64,000 nucleotides of DNA from Hemiscyllium ocellatum (taxonomy: Eukaryota), in assembly GCF_020745735.1 (NCBI RefSeq), contig NW_026867453.1, positions 248,001 through 312,000 of the forward strand. The letters run 5' to 3'. Below are positions 38,130 through 51,813 of the stretch, one piece after another; position 1 is the stretch's first letter, and the number at the start of each line of letters is the position of its first letter. The notes under the pieces are model-generated. The model worked only from the letters and a program-made list of their open reading frames with translations. It did not search any database and had not been told where the DNA came from. The translations under genes and the position numbers were made by a program.

Positions 38130-40600
38130 TCACCTTATACAGTACAGGAAAAAGGCCCTTTGATCCATCCAGTTTACGCCTATCAATAACAGCCACCTAA
38201 CTATTCCAGTCTCATGTGCCAGCACATGATCCATTGCCTTGTGTGACTTGCCCTTGCAAGGATGCATCTCAATACTTCATACTTATTATGAGGGGCTCAG
38301 TCTCTACATGACTTATAGGTGATGAGCTCCAGGCTAACACCACCCTCAGTTTGATTTTGTTTTCCCCTGAGATCCACTTGGAACCTCCTGGCCTTACCTT
38401 CACCCTGTGCCCCTGAGGCATTGATCTCTCCATCAAGGGGAAAGGTTTCATCCAGTTTACCCAGTCTATGCCTAAAATAATTCTAGACATCATGATAATC
38501 TTCTCCCTAATTCTCCTCTGCTCCAAGGAAAACCCCTGTCTATCTCATCTAGTTTCATAACTAAAACCCTCCAACCCAGGCAAGATCCTGGCAAATCTCA
38601 TCAATACTGCCTTCAGTGTAATCACATTCCTTCGATAACATGCACACAACGCTTCAGTATGGCCTAACCAGTGTTCTATCAAGTTCCAGTATCATCTCCC
38701 GATTCTTCATTGTCAATGTCTAGGCTAATAAAAGCTAATATCCTCCCACCTCCTTAGTCTCTTTATCCAGACGACACAGTACTATAGGGGATCGGTGGGT
38801 ACATGCACCAAAGATCCTCAGGCCTTTCCAGGGTTCCACCATTCAAAATGTCATACCTCACAGATTCTTCTGCCGAATTACATTACCTTACATTTATCCA
38901 GAATAATTTCCATTTGCAACTTCTCTTCACATACAACCAACCCTTTTATATCCTCCTACAATCTAAAGCCATAATGCTCATGACTTACCAACATGACAGT
39001 TTTCATTTCATCTGTGAATTCACTGGTTAATCCTCCTAAATTTGAGTCTCAATCATTGGTATGTAAGAGAAATAACGTGGAAATCAACCCCAATCCCTAC
39101 AGAACACCAGGAGACATAGATTCCCAGTCACCCAGACACCCGATGACTATTATCCCCTGCTCCCATCACTCAGCCAGTTCTCGATCCAATCTGTCAAATT
39201 AACTCGGATCCCATTGGCTCTGATTATTGCTATCATCTGGACATCGAGTTATCTCTCTGAAAACTACTATCAAATTGTTACACATGACTTTCTCTCAATA
39301 AAACTATGCTGAAAATTGTTGATTTATCTTCCAAATGAAGACTAATTTCACTTTTCAACAGTTTCCCTACCACTGAGACTAGCTTGACAGATCTGTGTTT
39401 TCATTATTTATCGCTTCCTTTGTCCTGCGTAACAGTGCAACGTTGGCTGATCTACACTCACTTGGCACAACTGCTGTGGCCAGACAGTAATTCTAAATTA
39501 TTGTTAGCGACCCAACTATTTCATCCCTTGCATCGCTCAACCGCTTGGTATACTTTTCATCTGCCCTGGAAATATAACCACTTTTCATTTAGCAAGACAA
39601 CACAGAACATCACGTCATGTGCCCTAATTTCTGAAAGTACATCACAACACTCCTCCATGATTTCTGTCCCCACATTGTCCCTCTTACTAGTGAACACTGA
39701 CACAACACATTCGTTTTGACCACAACCTAATCCTCCGGCTCCACTCCAATAATAACACTTAATGGGCATTACTGTTTCCCGAATAATTCTTTTATTATGA
39801 ATGAGCCTGTAACTTTTAAAAATATTTTCCTTTATTTTGACTCCTATTATTTTCTCGTGGTCCCTTTTGCTCTTCTAATTCCTTTGTCTTTCAAACTCCC
39901 CCTTGCACGTTCTGTACTCCATACTAATTTCTATTGTTTTGAGATTTCAGTATAGACAGGAAGCCTCCCTTGTTTCTCCTTATCTCACCCTCCATGCCCT
40001 TTGGTATCCAGAGCACGTTACATTCTTGGTCCCATTCAGTGGCTTCCTGGGAAATGTCCTCCCTGTGATTTTCCTGTCTCTTTCTTAAATGTTTCACACT
40101 GCTCTGACTCAGATTTACCAATAAGTGTCAGCTTCCAGTCCACTCTGGTTAAGTCATTACCTGATCTTACTAAAATTGTCCTTCCCCTTTTCAGAACTTT
40201 GGGCCAATTTCTATTCCTTTGCAGTACAATCTGAAATCCAACTGATTTACGATCACTGTCTGCAAAGTGCACCACCATTGATGTTTTACCCACTGGGTCG
40301 ACTTCATTCCCAAAAGTTAAGTTCAGGTTCACCCCTCTCTTGCAAGGTCTGGATTAAAATTCTCTGTATTAACACATACTTTGTTTAAATATTCTCCTGG
40401 GGGCATTTTCAGAATTGTGCTCCCTCTAAACGTTAGACAAAGTGAATATCCAAGCCTATGCTGAGGAAGTTAAAAACCTCTTTTCTCATTCCCCTATTTA
40501 ATTTACATATCTCTGAAATTTATCCATGTATTTGCACTTGGTCTTTTGGACCTATAGTAAGGCATATCGTGCTCTCCCAGTAGTTATGTTTGCTGTATTT
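38130..40600 (-). mobile_element. Decayed CR1-like LINE fragments in the CH1-CH2 intron
   Basis: Minus-strand CR1 3' end, RT and APE remnants. Confidence 0.7.
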
Positions 40601-41154
40601 TGGTTTTGAAGTACTGTCCATTTGCCTTTGTTCGAGGAGGTATCTATGATTTCATTTCTCTTTACAGCCTAAAATACTCTTGTCAGAATTGTGACAGAAG
40701 CAACATTCCGTGCCGCAAACCCCTGCCCTCATCCTTTTCCATCTTTCCCTGTCTCGCCTGAAGGCACTAAATCCTGGAAAATTGAATAGCCACTCCTGCC
40801 CCGCTCTCAATATGTCTCCGTGATAGCAACAGCATCATTTCCTCATTTATGCCGGTAATTCATCTGCCTTGATCATCAGACTCTGTCATTAAAATGAATA
40901 CCATCTAATGTTGCTATCTCCCTTCTGATGTTACTGGCCTATAGTTTCTATGCCTCCTTGACTCCCTTGCTGTGTCCTATAATTTTAGCCTTTCACATTG
41001 TCCTGATGATCTTTCTGTGTGGATCCCAGCTTCTCCAGCACTCTGCACAATTATGATTCTTGTATCCATTAATCACAAGAAACCTTGATATATGAGAACT
41101 GATTGTATTTGTTATGAAATTCATCAGATAATTTATGCGATGTGTTTCCTAAAG

Positions 41155-41466
41155 GTACAGGTCCTCTCCCACCAACTCTTCTCCTAACTGTGAGCTCCAG
41201 TGAAGAAATCGCAAGCAGCAAGTTTGCAACTGTCGTTTGTTCAATCATCGATTTCCATCCGAAGGCAATCAACGTGACTTGGTTGAAAAATGGCCGACGC
41301 TTGGATTCTGGCTTCTTCACGTCTCCCGTGTGTGAGGCGAACGGGAACTTCTCGGTGACGAGTCGGCTGATGGTCCCTTATGGTGAATGGTACAACAGCG
41401 CAGTCTATACCTGCCAGGTCACTCACGAAGAGAACATTCAAAGTAAAAACATCACCGCACTCCAGG
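41155..41466 (+). CDS. IGHM: IgM CH2 exon ([11 protein letters not shown]...SKNITALQ)
   Basis: 312 bp, phase 1/1; VVC, WLKNG, YTCQVTH; an alternative in-frame acceptor would start the exon at 41161. Confidence 0.95.
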
Positions 41467-43435
41467 GTAAGAGACACATACTGGGAGAGCTACAAATCAC
41501 TCTGAACTCTGATGTGAATCAAACACACTAATTTATCAGGCGTAGTAAACAGCACGGTACAGCTTCTCATTTCCCAGCATGTCACGTATCTCATTTCAGT
41601 TTGAATGTTACATTAGCATTGCTCATAATTCAACATTTTGGCAAGTCAGAAAAGCATGTTTCCTCTCTGTTGAAGGTAGCTATATAGACAGTGAGCTTTG
41701 TTAAATAGTTTGTTAAATAGTTTGTTGCCTGACCATGCTGGGAGAGGCATTCAGAGTGATGAATCCTTGCCTGGTAGTGGCTTCAAGGATAAGTTTGGGG
41801 GTGGAGGGGGGATATTGGAGAGATATCTAATTGAAACATAGAAAATACTGAGAGACTGAGGTCGAGTGAATGTAAATAGATGTTTTGACTGGTAGGCGAG
41901 ACTAGGATCCAAGGGCACAGTCTCAGGGTCAAAGGGGCACTGTTTAGAACTGAGATGGGGAGGAATTTCTTCAGCCAGAGGGTGATGAATCTGTGGAACT
42001 TGTTGCTGCAGAGGGCTGTGGAGACCAGGCCATTGTGTATATTCAAGCCAGAGATGGATCGGTTCTTGTTTATTGTGGGGAGAAGACCATAGAATGGCTT
42101 TAGCCCAAACGTCGATTTTCCTGCTCGTCGGATGCTGCCTGACCTGCTGTGCTTTTCCAGCATCATTCTGATCTAAACTCTGGATTGGCCGAACAGCCTT
42201 ATTCTGATCCTCTATCTTATGATGTTGTGCTCTCAAAATGACGTGGTTAAAATATGCAGTGACCCTAACTTGAAAATAAATCAAAATGCGTTCAATGCTT
42301 CACTCCCTGCTCAGGAATGACCTGTTGGCCTTGGACATTGTACGACATCGATTTTTATCTGGTACTGAGCTCTTTAATTTCATTTATGGGATCAGACCAC
42401 AGACCAAGTGGGTATCACATTTGATGAACTGGGATAAACGTGATCTCACTGAGCCTCTTTAAGATGCTCTCTGTAATTAGTGGATGAGGCAGGAGAATAA
42501 ATTCTGGTAAGAATGCTACAATAGGGATGAATGAACGAGGAACTCGAGACAGGCTGATTTAGCCTGGTTTGGGGTGGCGATGTTTACACAGTGGGTAGTG
42601 GATGTCTATAAAATTAGTGTACATTTCCATCACGTTTGTAGATTAATTTAAGACTCTTTTGTTTGGTTTTTTTTCTCCCCTGCTCTATGAAGAAATTAAA
42701 AAATGCAGCTTGGTAAATAAAGTGAAAGTACAGACCAGTCATGAACTAACTGAATGGAGGGAAAGACTTAAGGAGATGGGTGTCCTTCTCGATATCCAAT
42801 GCTGTACTCAGTGCCTTGTTTTCAGATCTACTCCAAACTCAGCCCACGAGGAACAATGACATAAATTAGAGAATGACATCACACCAATAACGCAAAGTAT
42901 TTTTGATCACGTTAAATACAATGAACAGAATTTCCATGGATATTCACTGCTCCTGTAGCACTTTAGAACTCTGCAAAGAGAATAATTATTATTTCTTAAA
43001 ATTTGGGATGTGATTTGGCAGTCAGCGTGACCAGCAGCACTTGCACCTAAGGGTTATGAACATGGAAATGAACTCATTATATTCAGATTACTCTTGTCAC
43101 AAGTATCTATAGATGGTCTTAAGTGAGAGACAAACTCTGAAAGAAAGGTAATTCCATGGGTTACATAATGGTATCTTCGATGATTTTACTTTTTTCACAG
43201 CTTTCACTTGTTACAAAGCCAGTGTTCTTTTGGAATAATTACACAGGGTATGTCACAGGTAATCACAAATGCTTTCACAAATCAAAATACATCAACAAGA
43301 GTAAGCATTGTTTCAGCAATGGTTGGAGTTGCCATTTTGAAGGTGGTGTCTTCACCCTGTGAAGAAGTAATCTGAAGATTAGGTGTTTGTATCATAAAGG
43401 GGCATTTTTCATTGACTTTGATTTTTGTTTCATAG

Positions 43436-43744
43436 AAGATACCGAGTGCCACCCTCACACCGTTAAAATCCTCCCACCGCCAATCGAACAAGTCTTACTG
43501 GAAGCGACGGTGACGTTAACCTGCGTTGTGTCCAATTTTCTTCCTGGAGTCAGCGTGACCTGGAAACAAGATAAGAAGCCTCTGAGCTCAGAGATTGCTG
43601 ACCAGCCTGGACAGAATCCCGACAGCGTGATCAGCAAATTAGACATTTCAACTGAAGCCTGGCTGAGTGGTGTTACTTTTGAATGTGTGGTGAACCATCA
43701 AAATCTACCGACTCCGCTGAGAGACTCCATCCACAAGGAGAAAG
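43436..43744 (+). CDS. IGHM: IgM CH3 exon ([16 protein letters not shown]...DSIHKEK)
   Basis: 309 bp, phase 1/1; LTC, WKQ, FECVVNH. Confidence 0.96.
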
Positions 43745-44191
43745 GTGAGCGGTGAGATTAAAACACAAAGCATCCCATGTGTAATCCAGATCCAGTTACA
43801 TCAATGGCAGGCTTTGATTGGGAATGAACAAACACCGTTGGGAGCATTTATGATGCATCTGAAGGCAGGATAACTAAGTAGCTGATTAAGAAAAAGATGG
43901 ACCAAAGGATATTGTATTCTGATTAAATCAGATAAGGTGGGAAGAAACCTGGGTTGTGATGTCACCATCAGCAATGACAATTGGACAGAATGCCCTTGTT
44001 GTGGGCTGGAAACATGGAGGCAACTTTCACATTAAACTTTACTTTTTTTACTGAACAGAATGTGTACTCTTTTAGAAAACAAAAGTGAATAAATCCCAAA
44101 TTAAAAATGGCGTATTTTAATATTGAGTCAAATTGTGATATTGGTTCAGGATGTTTTTGATTGATTTATATTTGTCTCAAATATTCTGCAG

Positions 44192-44583
44192 TGATTAATC
44201 CGCTGGAGCCATCAGTGTCGGTCCTCCTGCCACCAACAGAAGAAATCTCCGCTCAGAGGTTTCTCTCCCTCACCTGTTTAGTGAGAGGTTTCTCCCCCCG
44301 AGAGATCTTCGTCAAGTGGACAAACAATGACAAGCCGGTGAATCCCAGTAACTACAAGAACACCGAGGTGATGGCAGAGAGTGACAACACTTCCTTCTTC
44401 ATCTACAGCCTGTTATCCATTACAGCGGAGGAGTGGGCCAGCGGTGCTTCTTACTCCTGTGTGGTGGGACATGAAGCGATTCCATTGAAGATCATCAACA
44501 GAACAGTCGATAAATCCAGCGGTAAACCGAGTTTCGTAAACATTTCACTTGCACTGATGGACACTGTTAATTCATGTCAATAA
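44192..44583 (+). CDS. IGHM: IgM CH4 exon plus secretory tailpiece (...[19 protein letters not shown]); internal donor for the membrane form after 44521
   Basis: Acceptor CTGCAG; [16 protein letters not shown]; tail with NIS sequon and penultimate Cys; AGCG|GTAAAC donor. Confidence 0.97.
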
Positions 44584-44625
44584 AAATCTCAAAGTTGCAT
44601 TTAATAATTCAACAGAAGTAATAAA
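44579..44625 (+). terminator. Secretory-form polyadenylation signals
   Basis: AATAAA at 44579-44584 (overlapping the stop codon) and at 44620-44625. Confidence 0.75.
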
Positions 44626-45739
44626 GTTTCTTTTTCCTCCAGTTGTGAGTTAAATACTGAATGAGTTGTTTCTCACTCTGACTTACATTCCATCTCTGTA
44701 GTTAAAGTGGGTTATTAACAGGTCTAGGACAAGTGTCTTGTGCAGTTAATGTTCTCTGCTCAGATACACCCTGGGTCAGAGACAGAGTAAAGCTCACTCA
44801 TTGCAGGATTCCGCCAAGTACCTTATCCATCCTAAATCCCTCTGTGACAAAATCTGACAATGTCCCTTTTACGTCAAGGGTAGAGCACGAGTTTTGAACT
44901 TGGTGTTCTTGATTCCCCTGATTGGACATTCTTATAAAATTCATGTCAGTTTTAAACTGCCACATTGCACCAATTGGAAATGTAAATTTAAGACACTTTC
45001 AAATTAAATTTGATTGGAACATACCAATCGTAAAGAGTGCAGAACAGTTTGAATGTAACCGTTGTTTCTGGGGAACTGCCAGGGATCTTGCACCAGTGCA
45101 TGAGTTGACAGAATGTAGCTTCACTTTCACACCAAAGAGAATCGACAGATAAGTTGTCGTGGAGCAGAGGGGAGGGGAACGATGAATGGTCTGTCCTCTT
45201 GCTCCCTGTGCAGAGTTTTCATGGTAGATGTCCTCTGTAATGTAACCCCATTACTAACAGGAACAGTCAGCTTCTTGCTTACTGTCCAAAGATTTAACAT
45301 TTCCATGCAAAATAATACCTTTGAAACATGTTGGACATGCTTGGGCTCTGTTAACAAATGATTAACATTGATTCCCCTAATCCAAAACTGGTGTTTGCAT
45401 TGTCCCGGTTTGAATTCTGTAGTTTTGTCTCAGTTTTCTGGAGCACATGGGATCAATTCTGGTATTCGAATACCTGATATCATTTTGTTTCACATACAGA
45501 ACACAAGTAGACATTTTCTAATAAACATATTCAGAAATGTTATCTCTGGGGCAGTGGGGATTTGAACTCATGCCTTTTCTCTCAGAGACAGAAATTCTAT
45601 CACTGCAACAGAAGAGTTGCTCATAAAACGCTTATTTCTTCACGACGATGGGAAATGTTTCCTACAACACCAAGGTCAAATCTAATTATAGGCAATCCAT
45701 TAAAATTAGAATAATAAAAATTGCAGTCTGGTGTAAGAA

Positions 45740-46860
45740 CAGATACAGAGAGATGATCGCAAATACACACGGAATGACACATATATGGGCTCTCACCTAA
45801 AGACACATATTGATGTGCACACTCAAATGTGCATACAGATAAGATGTCACACATGCATACTCGCACAGAGCCACACATGCAAGTGGTACTTGAACACTCA
45901 CCTAAGCTCATACAAAAACTCACATACACCGAGAGAAAATTATTTGAACAAATGATCAGGGGTACTCACACATAACCATGAGAAATATAGACACACGATA
46001 ACACACAAATGGGCATGAATACATATACATTCATACAGCACAATGCGTACAGACATACACGCATGAACACACAGATACAAATTCCAAAAAATGTCCTCCC
46101 ACATGTCAACTCATACAGGCACGTAAGTGCACAGAGATAAACATTAATATAATTATTTTCCCATTTTCAGAATCACAAACATACGATGACAGAGGCAGCT
46201 TAATTAGTTATTTTTAAACCACATTGATCAGCATGTATACAATGTCACACGTACACACAAATTCCGAGTCTCACATGCAGACACACAAGTGCATAGATCA
46301 ATAAATAGAGGGGCGTTTATTAAATAAGGATAATGAGCACAAGCATCAGCAAGCATCCACAAACACTAACACAAACAAGCTTCTCAGGAGATGGTTTGGG
46401 AAAGATTGCCACACAAGCAGACATCATCATATAAATATAAACATCCATCAAAACATGACGTTGCATGCTAACATTTATTAAGCATAACATGAAAATAACC
46501 TAGTTTAGGTAGGACCTGAAACAGACACATAAGCACACATTTTAGATAGCACTAATGAAAAGTGAACATTCACAAAGACATTTCAAGATAAGCATAGGCA
46601 ACAATGAAGTGGCATATTCGCATAATGATGCTTACACAATGTGAAAAGACCAAAATTTCGGTGCACAAACACATGAGAACACTAGCAGTAAAGGAACAGG
46701 AATATGTTTATTCATGCACAGACTCCAACATGGGCAAGAGTGAAGTAAGAGGCACTCAACCACATACACAACCATTAAAGGGAAGCCAAACACACCAAGC
46801 AGTAGGTCAAATAAATTAAGGGACACATGTACAAAAACTTATTCCTAAATATACAGATCC
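45740..46860 (+). repeat. Degenerate CA/AC-rich low-complexity tract in the CH4-TM1 intron
   Basis: Dense ACAC/ACAT words; 46021-46080 is 43/60 A+C. Confidence 0.7.
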
Positions 46861-47339
46861 TACAAACAAAAATGTGAAGCAATGTCCTGACTGTGATGTC
46901 ACTTATATTCACGATTTGCCAAGCAATTGGTCACTAATACATAAAGGTGAGAATCACATTTGAACTTTTATTCAGTGATGGCCACAATTTTCAACTAAAG
47001 TGCTGTCACAGCCTATATTTAAAATATAATGATATAATTAAAATAATCATTAGTAATAAGCATTCCTCAAATAATAATATCCTTAAATAATAGATTAAAA
47101 GAAAATTAATTTGAAACATTCTGACATGGACAATGAAGAAAGAACATGTGCAGTCAGTATTTGTAATTTCTTGCTGAGAGTCAATAATGCACTGATGGAT
47201 ACAGATAAGAGTCACACTTGAGAAATACCTGAATGCTCTATGAAGATGTAATGGTCTCTAATTACATGACTTGGATACACATAGATCGATCTGGATCAAT
47301 AAACGATCTAAATGCGTTCTCTCGGCTTTATATTCATAG

Positions 47340-47467
47340 ATTCAATAGATCGCACTTGGATTGAAGACTATGAGGATGATAACAGCAACATCTGGACAAC
47401 TGCTTCCACGTTCATCACCTTGTTCTTCCTGAGTATTTTCTACAGCGCTGCCGTCACTCTGGTGAAG
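47340..47467 (+). CDS. IGHM: IgM TM1 exon (DSIDRTWIEDYEDDNSNIWTTASTFITLFFLSIFYSAAVTLVK)
   Basis: Phase-1 acceptor matches the CH4 internal donor; acidic spacer and CART-type TM motif; donor GTGAGA. Confidence 0.96.
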
Positions 47468-47606
47468 GTGAGAATAATCACATCTTTCTCATGCCAAACA
47501 GCCCAATATGTTTTGTGAAATCTCTAAGTGTGCCATTGAATAAACATTAAATCTGAAAGTCCCTGATCATAAATATCTGTGTCATTGCTTTATCTCTCTT
47601 TTCCAG

Positions 47607-47615
47607 GTTAAGTGA
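47607..47615 (+). CDS. IGHM: IgM TM2 exon (VK*)
   Basis: Pyrimidine tract TTCCAG|GTT AAG TGA completes the KVK cytoplasmic tail. Confidence 0.92.
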   Translation, partial: VK

Positions 47616-48044
47616 ATGAGTTGTGGACCCCTTTGATGTTCCTGATCTGCTTATCAAGGTCTCTGAATTCCCAATCTACAATCTGTCCTGTTGCTGACTC
47701 TCACAGTGAGATCACTTCAGTTTATCAGTGTGTAACTGAGACAATGATTGATGGATTTTCGTTTTTACTTTGATATCTTTGAAATGGTTGTGGTTGGAAG
47801 AATTTGTAGCTTCCCTGTTGTTTGAAGCCCATTTGTTTTGTTTTTATTTGTTCCTTACTCAGAATGGTTGCCTACCCTTTCTGATGAGCCTTTGTATTCC
47901 CTTTCTTGTGACTGTTACTGATGTACAGAAAATTCCCACCTCACAGCGCATGTGTTCTCGTCTCAATGTGGCATCCAGCCATTATATTCACTTCTGTTAG
48001 CTTTTACATCAACTTTTTGGATAAAAATGCTTTCTGAAATGGTT

Positions 48045-48050
48045 AATAAA
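48045..48050 (+). terminator. Probable membrane-form polyadenylation signal
   Basis: First AATAAA after TM2, ~430 bp downstream. Confidence 0.6.
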
Positions 48051-51000
48051 TCTCGAATGAATATGCACTAACCTTGAGTTTGCTTAATTCTTTCTTCAAG
48101 GCCAGTCAGTAATCAAACATTTTCCCACATCCTACTCCTTTCCCAGCCAAATACTTTCACTTGTTCTGTTTGGTTGTGTTTCATCCAGTCATTTAGTTTA
48201 ATGTTGCGCTGCCATGCCGCCCACGAATGTAAATGCATCTTTCACACGATATGCCTGATGGAACACTCCAGAGGCAGAATGATGAGAGAACATTTCCTCT
48301 TATGCACCAAAGGTCACGGCCTCGGGTCACGTAATGATACAAATGAGGAGCTTTGCTCCACCAGAAGCCTATAAAAGGCAGGCAAAGGAGTTTGAAAGTT
48401 TACTCTACACTGTCTAAACTACATGTACTCCCAATGTCCGGACAGCCTGGGTTAGTAATGCATAACTCACCACCTAAAGCGCCCAACGAAACATTCATCA
48501 GCCAAAAATGTCAACGTTCAGTCAGGTAGTCAGACACAACACGTGCACAATCCAAGGGCAGATTCTCAGAACTGGAGTTTTTCTCACACATAAATCTCAT
48601 GGAGCACTATTCCTGGGATCTATTTGACACACCACACCTGTCAAATCCCAGGGAATGAGACTGGGATCTATCTGATACAGGGATATTACTGAACAGCAAC
48701 CCTCAAAAATAATAAATCAGAGGTCGATGTTGATCAGGCAAGTCAGAGCTCATGAGTCCCTGAAATATTCAGCCATTGGGATCTATATGATGCAAGACAG
48801 AGTTGGGAACCAATCATAGCGACTGTTCACAGAGTCTGGAAACTATCAGCAGAGGAGAACATTCTCAATTTCTCAGAGTTGGTGAGGTGTATCATCCCAG
48901 GAATAGTGTTGTGAATCAGTCACACACCCAATCTCATAATTTTGCCTTTTTTCAAAAACGTGGCTCCTGAAACTAGATGCAACATTCCAGGTGAGACAAG
49001 AGACTGTTTGATTTCAGATTAACATAATTGCTTTGTGTTTGTTCTCTACGGTGTTATTGATGAAGTAGGGATTAGTTGCTCTTCTGTCCACGTATCATGG
49101 TACATTCCCTGATTTGTGCACATACACATGGAGGATCCTCTGCTCCTTCACCCCCTTTGGGTTTACCCCCTTACTATTGTATGTTCCCCTGAGTTCATCA
49201 CAAAACAAAGAAGCACGTCACCCCTCCCTGAGACGGAGATCTATCTGACACACCGATATTAATGAATAACAATCCTCAAAAATGATCAATCACAGGTTGA
49301 TTTCGATCAGAGAAGACAAAGATCAGAAGTTCTGGAAACCCTGCTGCTTTCCATGTCCTTTCCCACAACCCCTCTGTCAAACTTGATGCTCTTAGCTGTT
49401 CTTCCAATATCCTAACATTTTACCTTAAATTGCTGTTAATATTTTTCTGTAATTTTGCATGATGGACCAAAGCACAGGATGAAACAACAAGGACTCCAAA
49501 CACTGAACTCTGAGAACGTACACAGTAAGGCAGCCTACATTCTGTAACAGCAAACACCCGTTAACAAATGGTTGGCAAGTACAAAACAGCGGGTGAGATT
49601 AACTTGAACTCATCAAAATAAAAGGAAAGTACTCTGGGGGTACAGAGGTGAAGGCAAGAGCTGGGCAGACAGAGTGGAGTTCATTTTTTAAAATTCTTGT
49701 TTATATCCAGAATTTTCTTTCCACACAATGTAACCTTTTATTTCCCATCACCCAAGTCCCCCACAGTCTCTTTATTTTCTGCTACTAACCATCACCAGTA
49801 AATTGAATAATTTATGTTCAAAGCCCCTCCCACCATCAAAGGTACGGCAGAAGTAGGAAGAGCTAGAAGGAGATTGGAGCCATTTTAACTTGTGGTGATA
49901 CATTACTGCTGTTCTAACACAAGGTATTTCTGAGGGATGGTCCAGTGAAGCTATGTGGATGGAACTCATAAATAAGAAGGGTATGGTTACTTTGATGCAA
50001 TTGTAATAGTCCCCCCAGTAGTCAGAGTGAAATTGAGTAATGAATATGTGGAGAGATCTTATTTATATGTAAGAATAATAGGATTGCAATAATCGCAAAT
50101 TTTAACCTTCCAAACATAAAGTGGGACAGTCATGATCTTAAGAGCTTGGATGGTGTGGAATTTGGTAAGTGCTAAAGTCAATTTTCTTCATTAATATGCA
50201 GATGTAACTCTCACAGAAGGAGCAAACCTGACCTACTCTTGTGATATAAGGCAGGACAAGTGACTGAATGGTTAGTAGGGGAGCTTTTTGGGGCCCGGGT
50301 CATGTTTCGATTAGTTTAAAATATCTATGGAAAGGATTGGCATTATATGTAAGTTAAAGTTCTTAATTGAACTAGGGCAAATTTTGATAGTATGAGACAA
50401 AAACTTTCAAGAGTTGATTGGAGTAGACTGTTTGCAGCTCAAGGGACGGCCGGCAAGAGTGAAGCTTTCAGAAGTGAGATAACGAGAGTTCGGAGGTATG
50501 ATGTTCCTGTTAGTGTGAAGATAAGGCTGGTAAGAGGAGGGAACACTGGAGGAATAAAGATATTGAGGCTCTGGTTCAGATTAAGAATGAATCATATATT
50601 AGATATAGATAAGTGAGATTCAGTGAATCTCGAAGAGTAAAAGAGGGGCAGGGACATTCTAAAGAGGGAAATGAGGAGGGCAAGAAAGGAAAATGAGATA
50701 GCCTTGGCAGATAATGTTCAAGATAATCCAAAGAGATTCGACTAGTACATTAAGAGCAAAGGGGTAGATCACAGAGTCATAGAGATGTACAACTTGGAAA
50801 CAGATCTTTCAGTCTCACTTGCCCATGCTGACCAGATATCCTAAACTAATCTAGTCCCATTTGCCAGTACTTGGCCCATATCTCTCTAAACCCTTCCTAT
50901 TCTTATACACACTCAGATGCCTTTTAAATGTTGAAATTGCACCAGCCTCCACCACTTCCTCTGGCAGTTCATTCCATACACACCACCCTCTGCATGAAAA

Positions 51001-51813
51001 AGTTACTCCTTAGGTACTTTCAACTTTTCCCCCTCTCACTCTAAACCTAGACTCATGAGTGTAGGTTTAGATGAGACTCCACCCATCTCAGGGAAAAAAC
51101 CTTGCCTATTCACGGTATCCATGCCTCTGATGATTTTATAAGCCTTTATAAAGTCACCCCTCAGCTTCCAACGCTCCAGAGAAATCAACCCCAGCCTATT
51201 CAGCCTCTCCCTATATAACTCTACATGGCTGTGAATATGTATAAGCCTAGAGGATTGGCTTCATAAATCATGTTGCATTTAATATAATGTTGTTTTTTCA
51301 TTATCATTTAGTTTAAAATGGAGGATGGGTGCCTTTTCAATTTATGGTGTGTATGGAAAGACCTGGAAAATAAACTACAACAAAAAAATGGACAAAAAGT
51401 TATTGTACCACAGATAGTGCACCATATCATTCGTGTAAAAAATAATTCCCTGTTTTGACCGTGAAGTTAATAGAGTCTATTAATTAGTCCTGTGTTTGTA
51501 ATAATTTTCATCTATCTGTCATTCTACATTTAGTTGTTGTAGTTAATGTGCGGATTACTGCACCTCTCTAAAAATTCAAAACAAAATAAAGTAAAACTGC
51601 AAATTAAATATTGCATCTAATTACGACAAAAAAAAATTAGCAATACAATGACATGAAATTGGAAAGGAATGTTGAAATGTAGCCAATTCTGAGGACTACA
51701 AGAAGTTGCAAGAGATCATTAATTAATTTACGGTATGTTCAAATAATTAGCAAATGAAGATCCACACAGATAAAGGTAAGGTATTACATCTTGGTAGGAA
51801 TAATGTGCAAGGC

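Noticed and set aside
25856-47615. IgW or IgNAR identity
   Set aside because: It has a conventional VH with CH1, exactly four C exons, and a mu-type tailpiece ending SCQ
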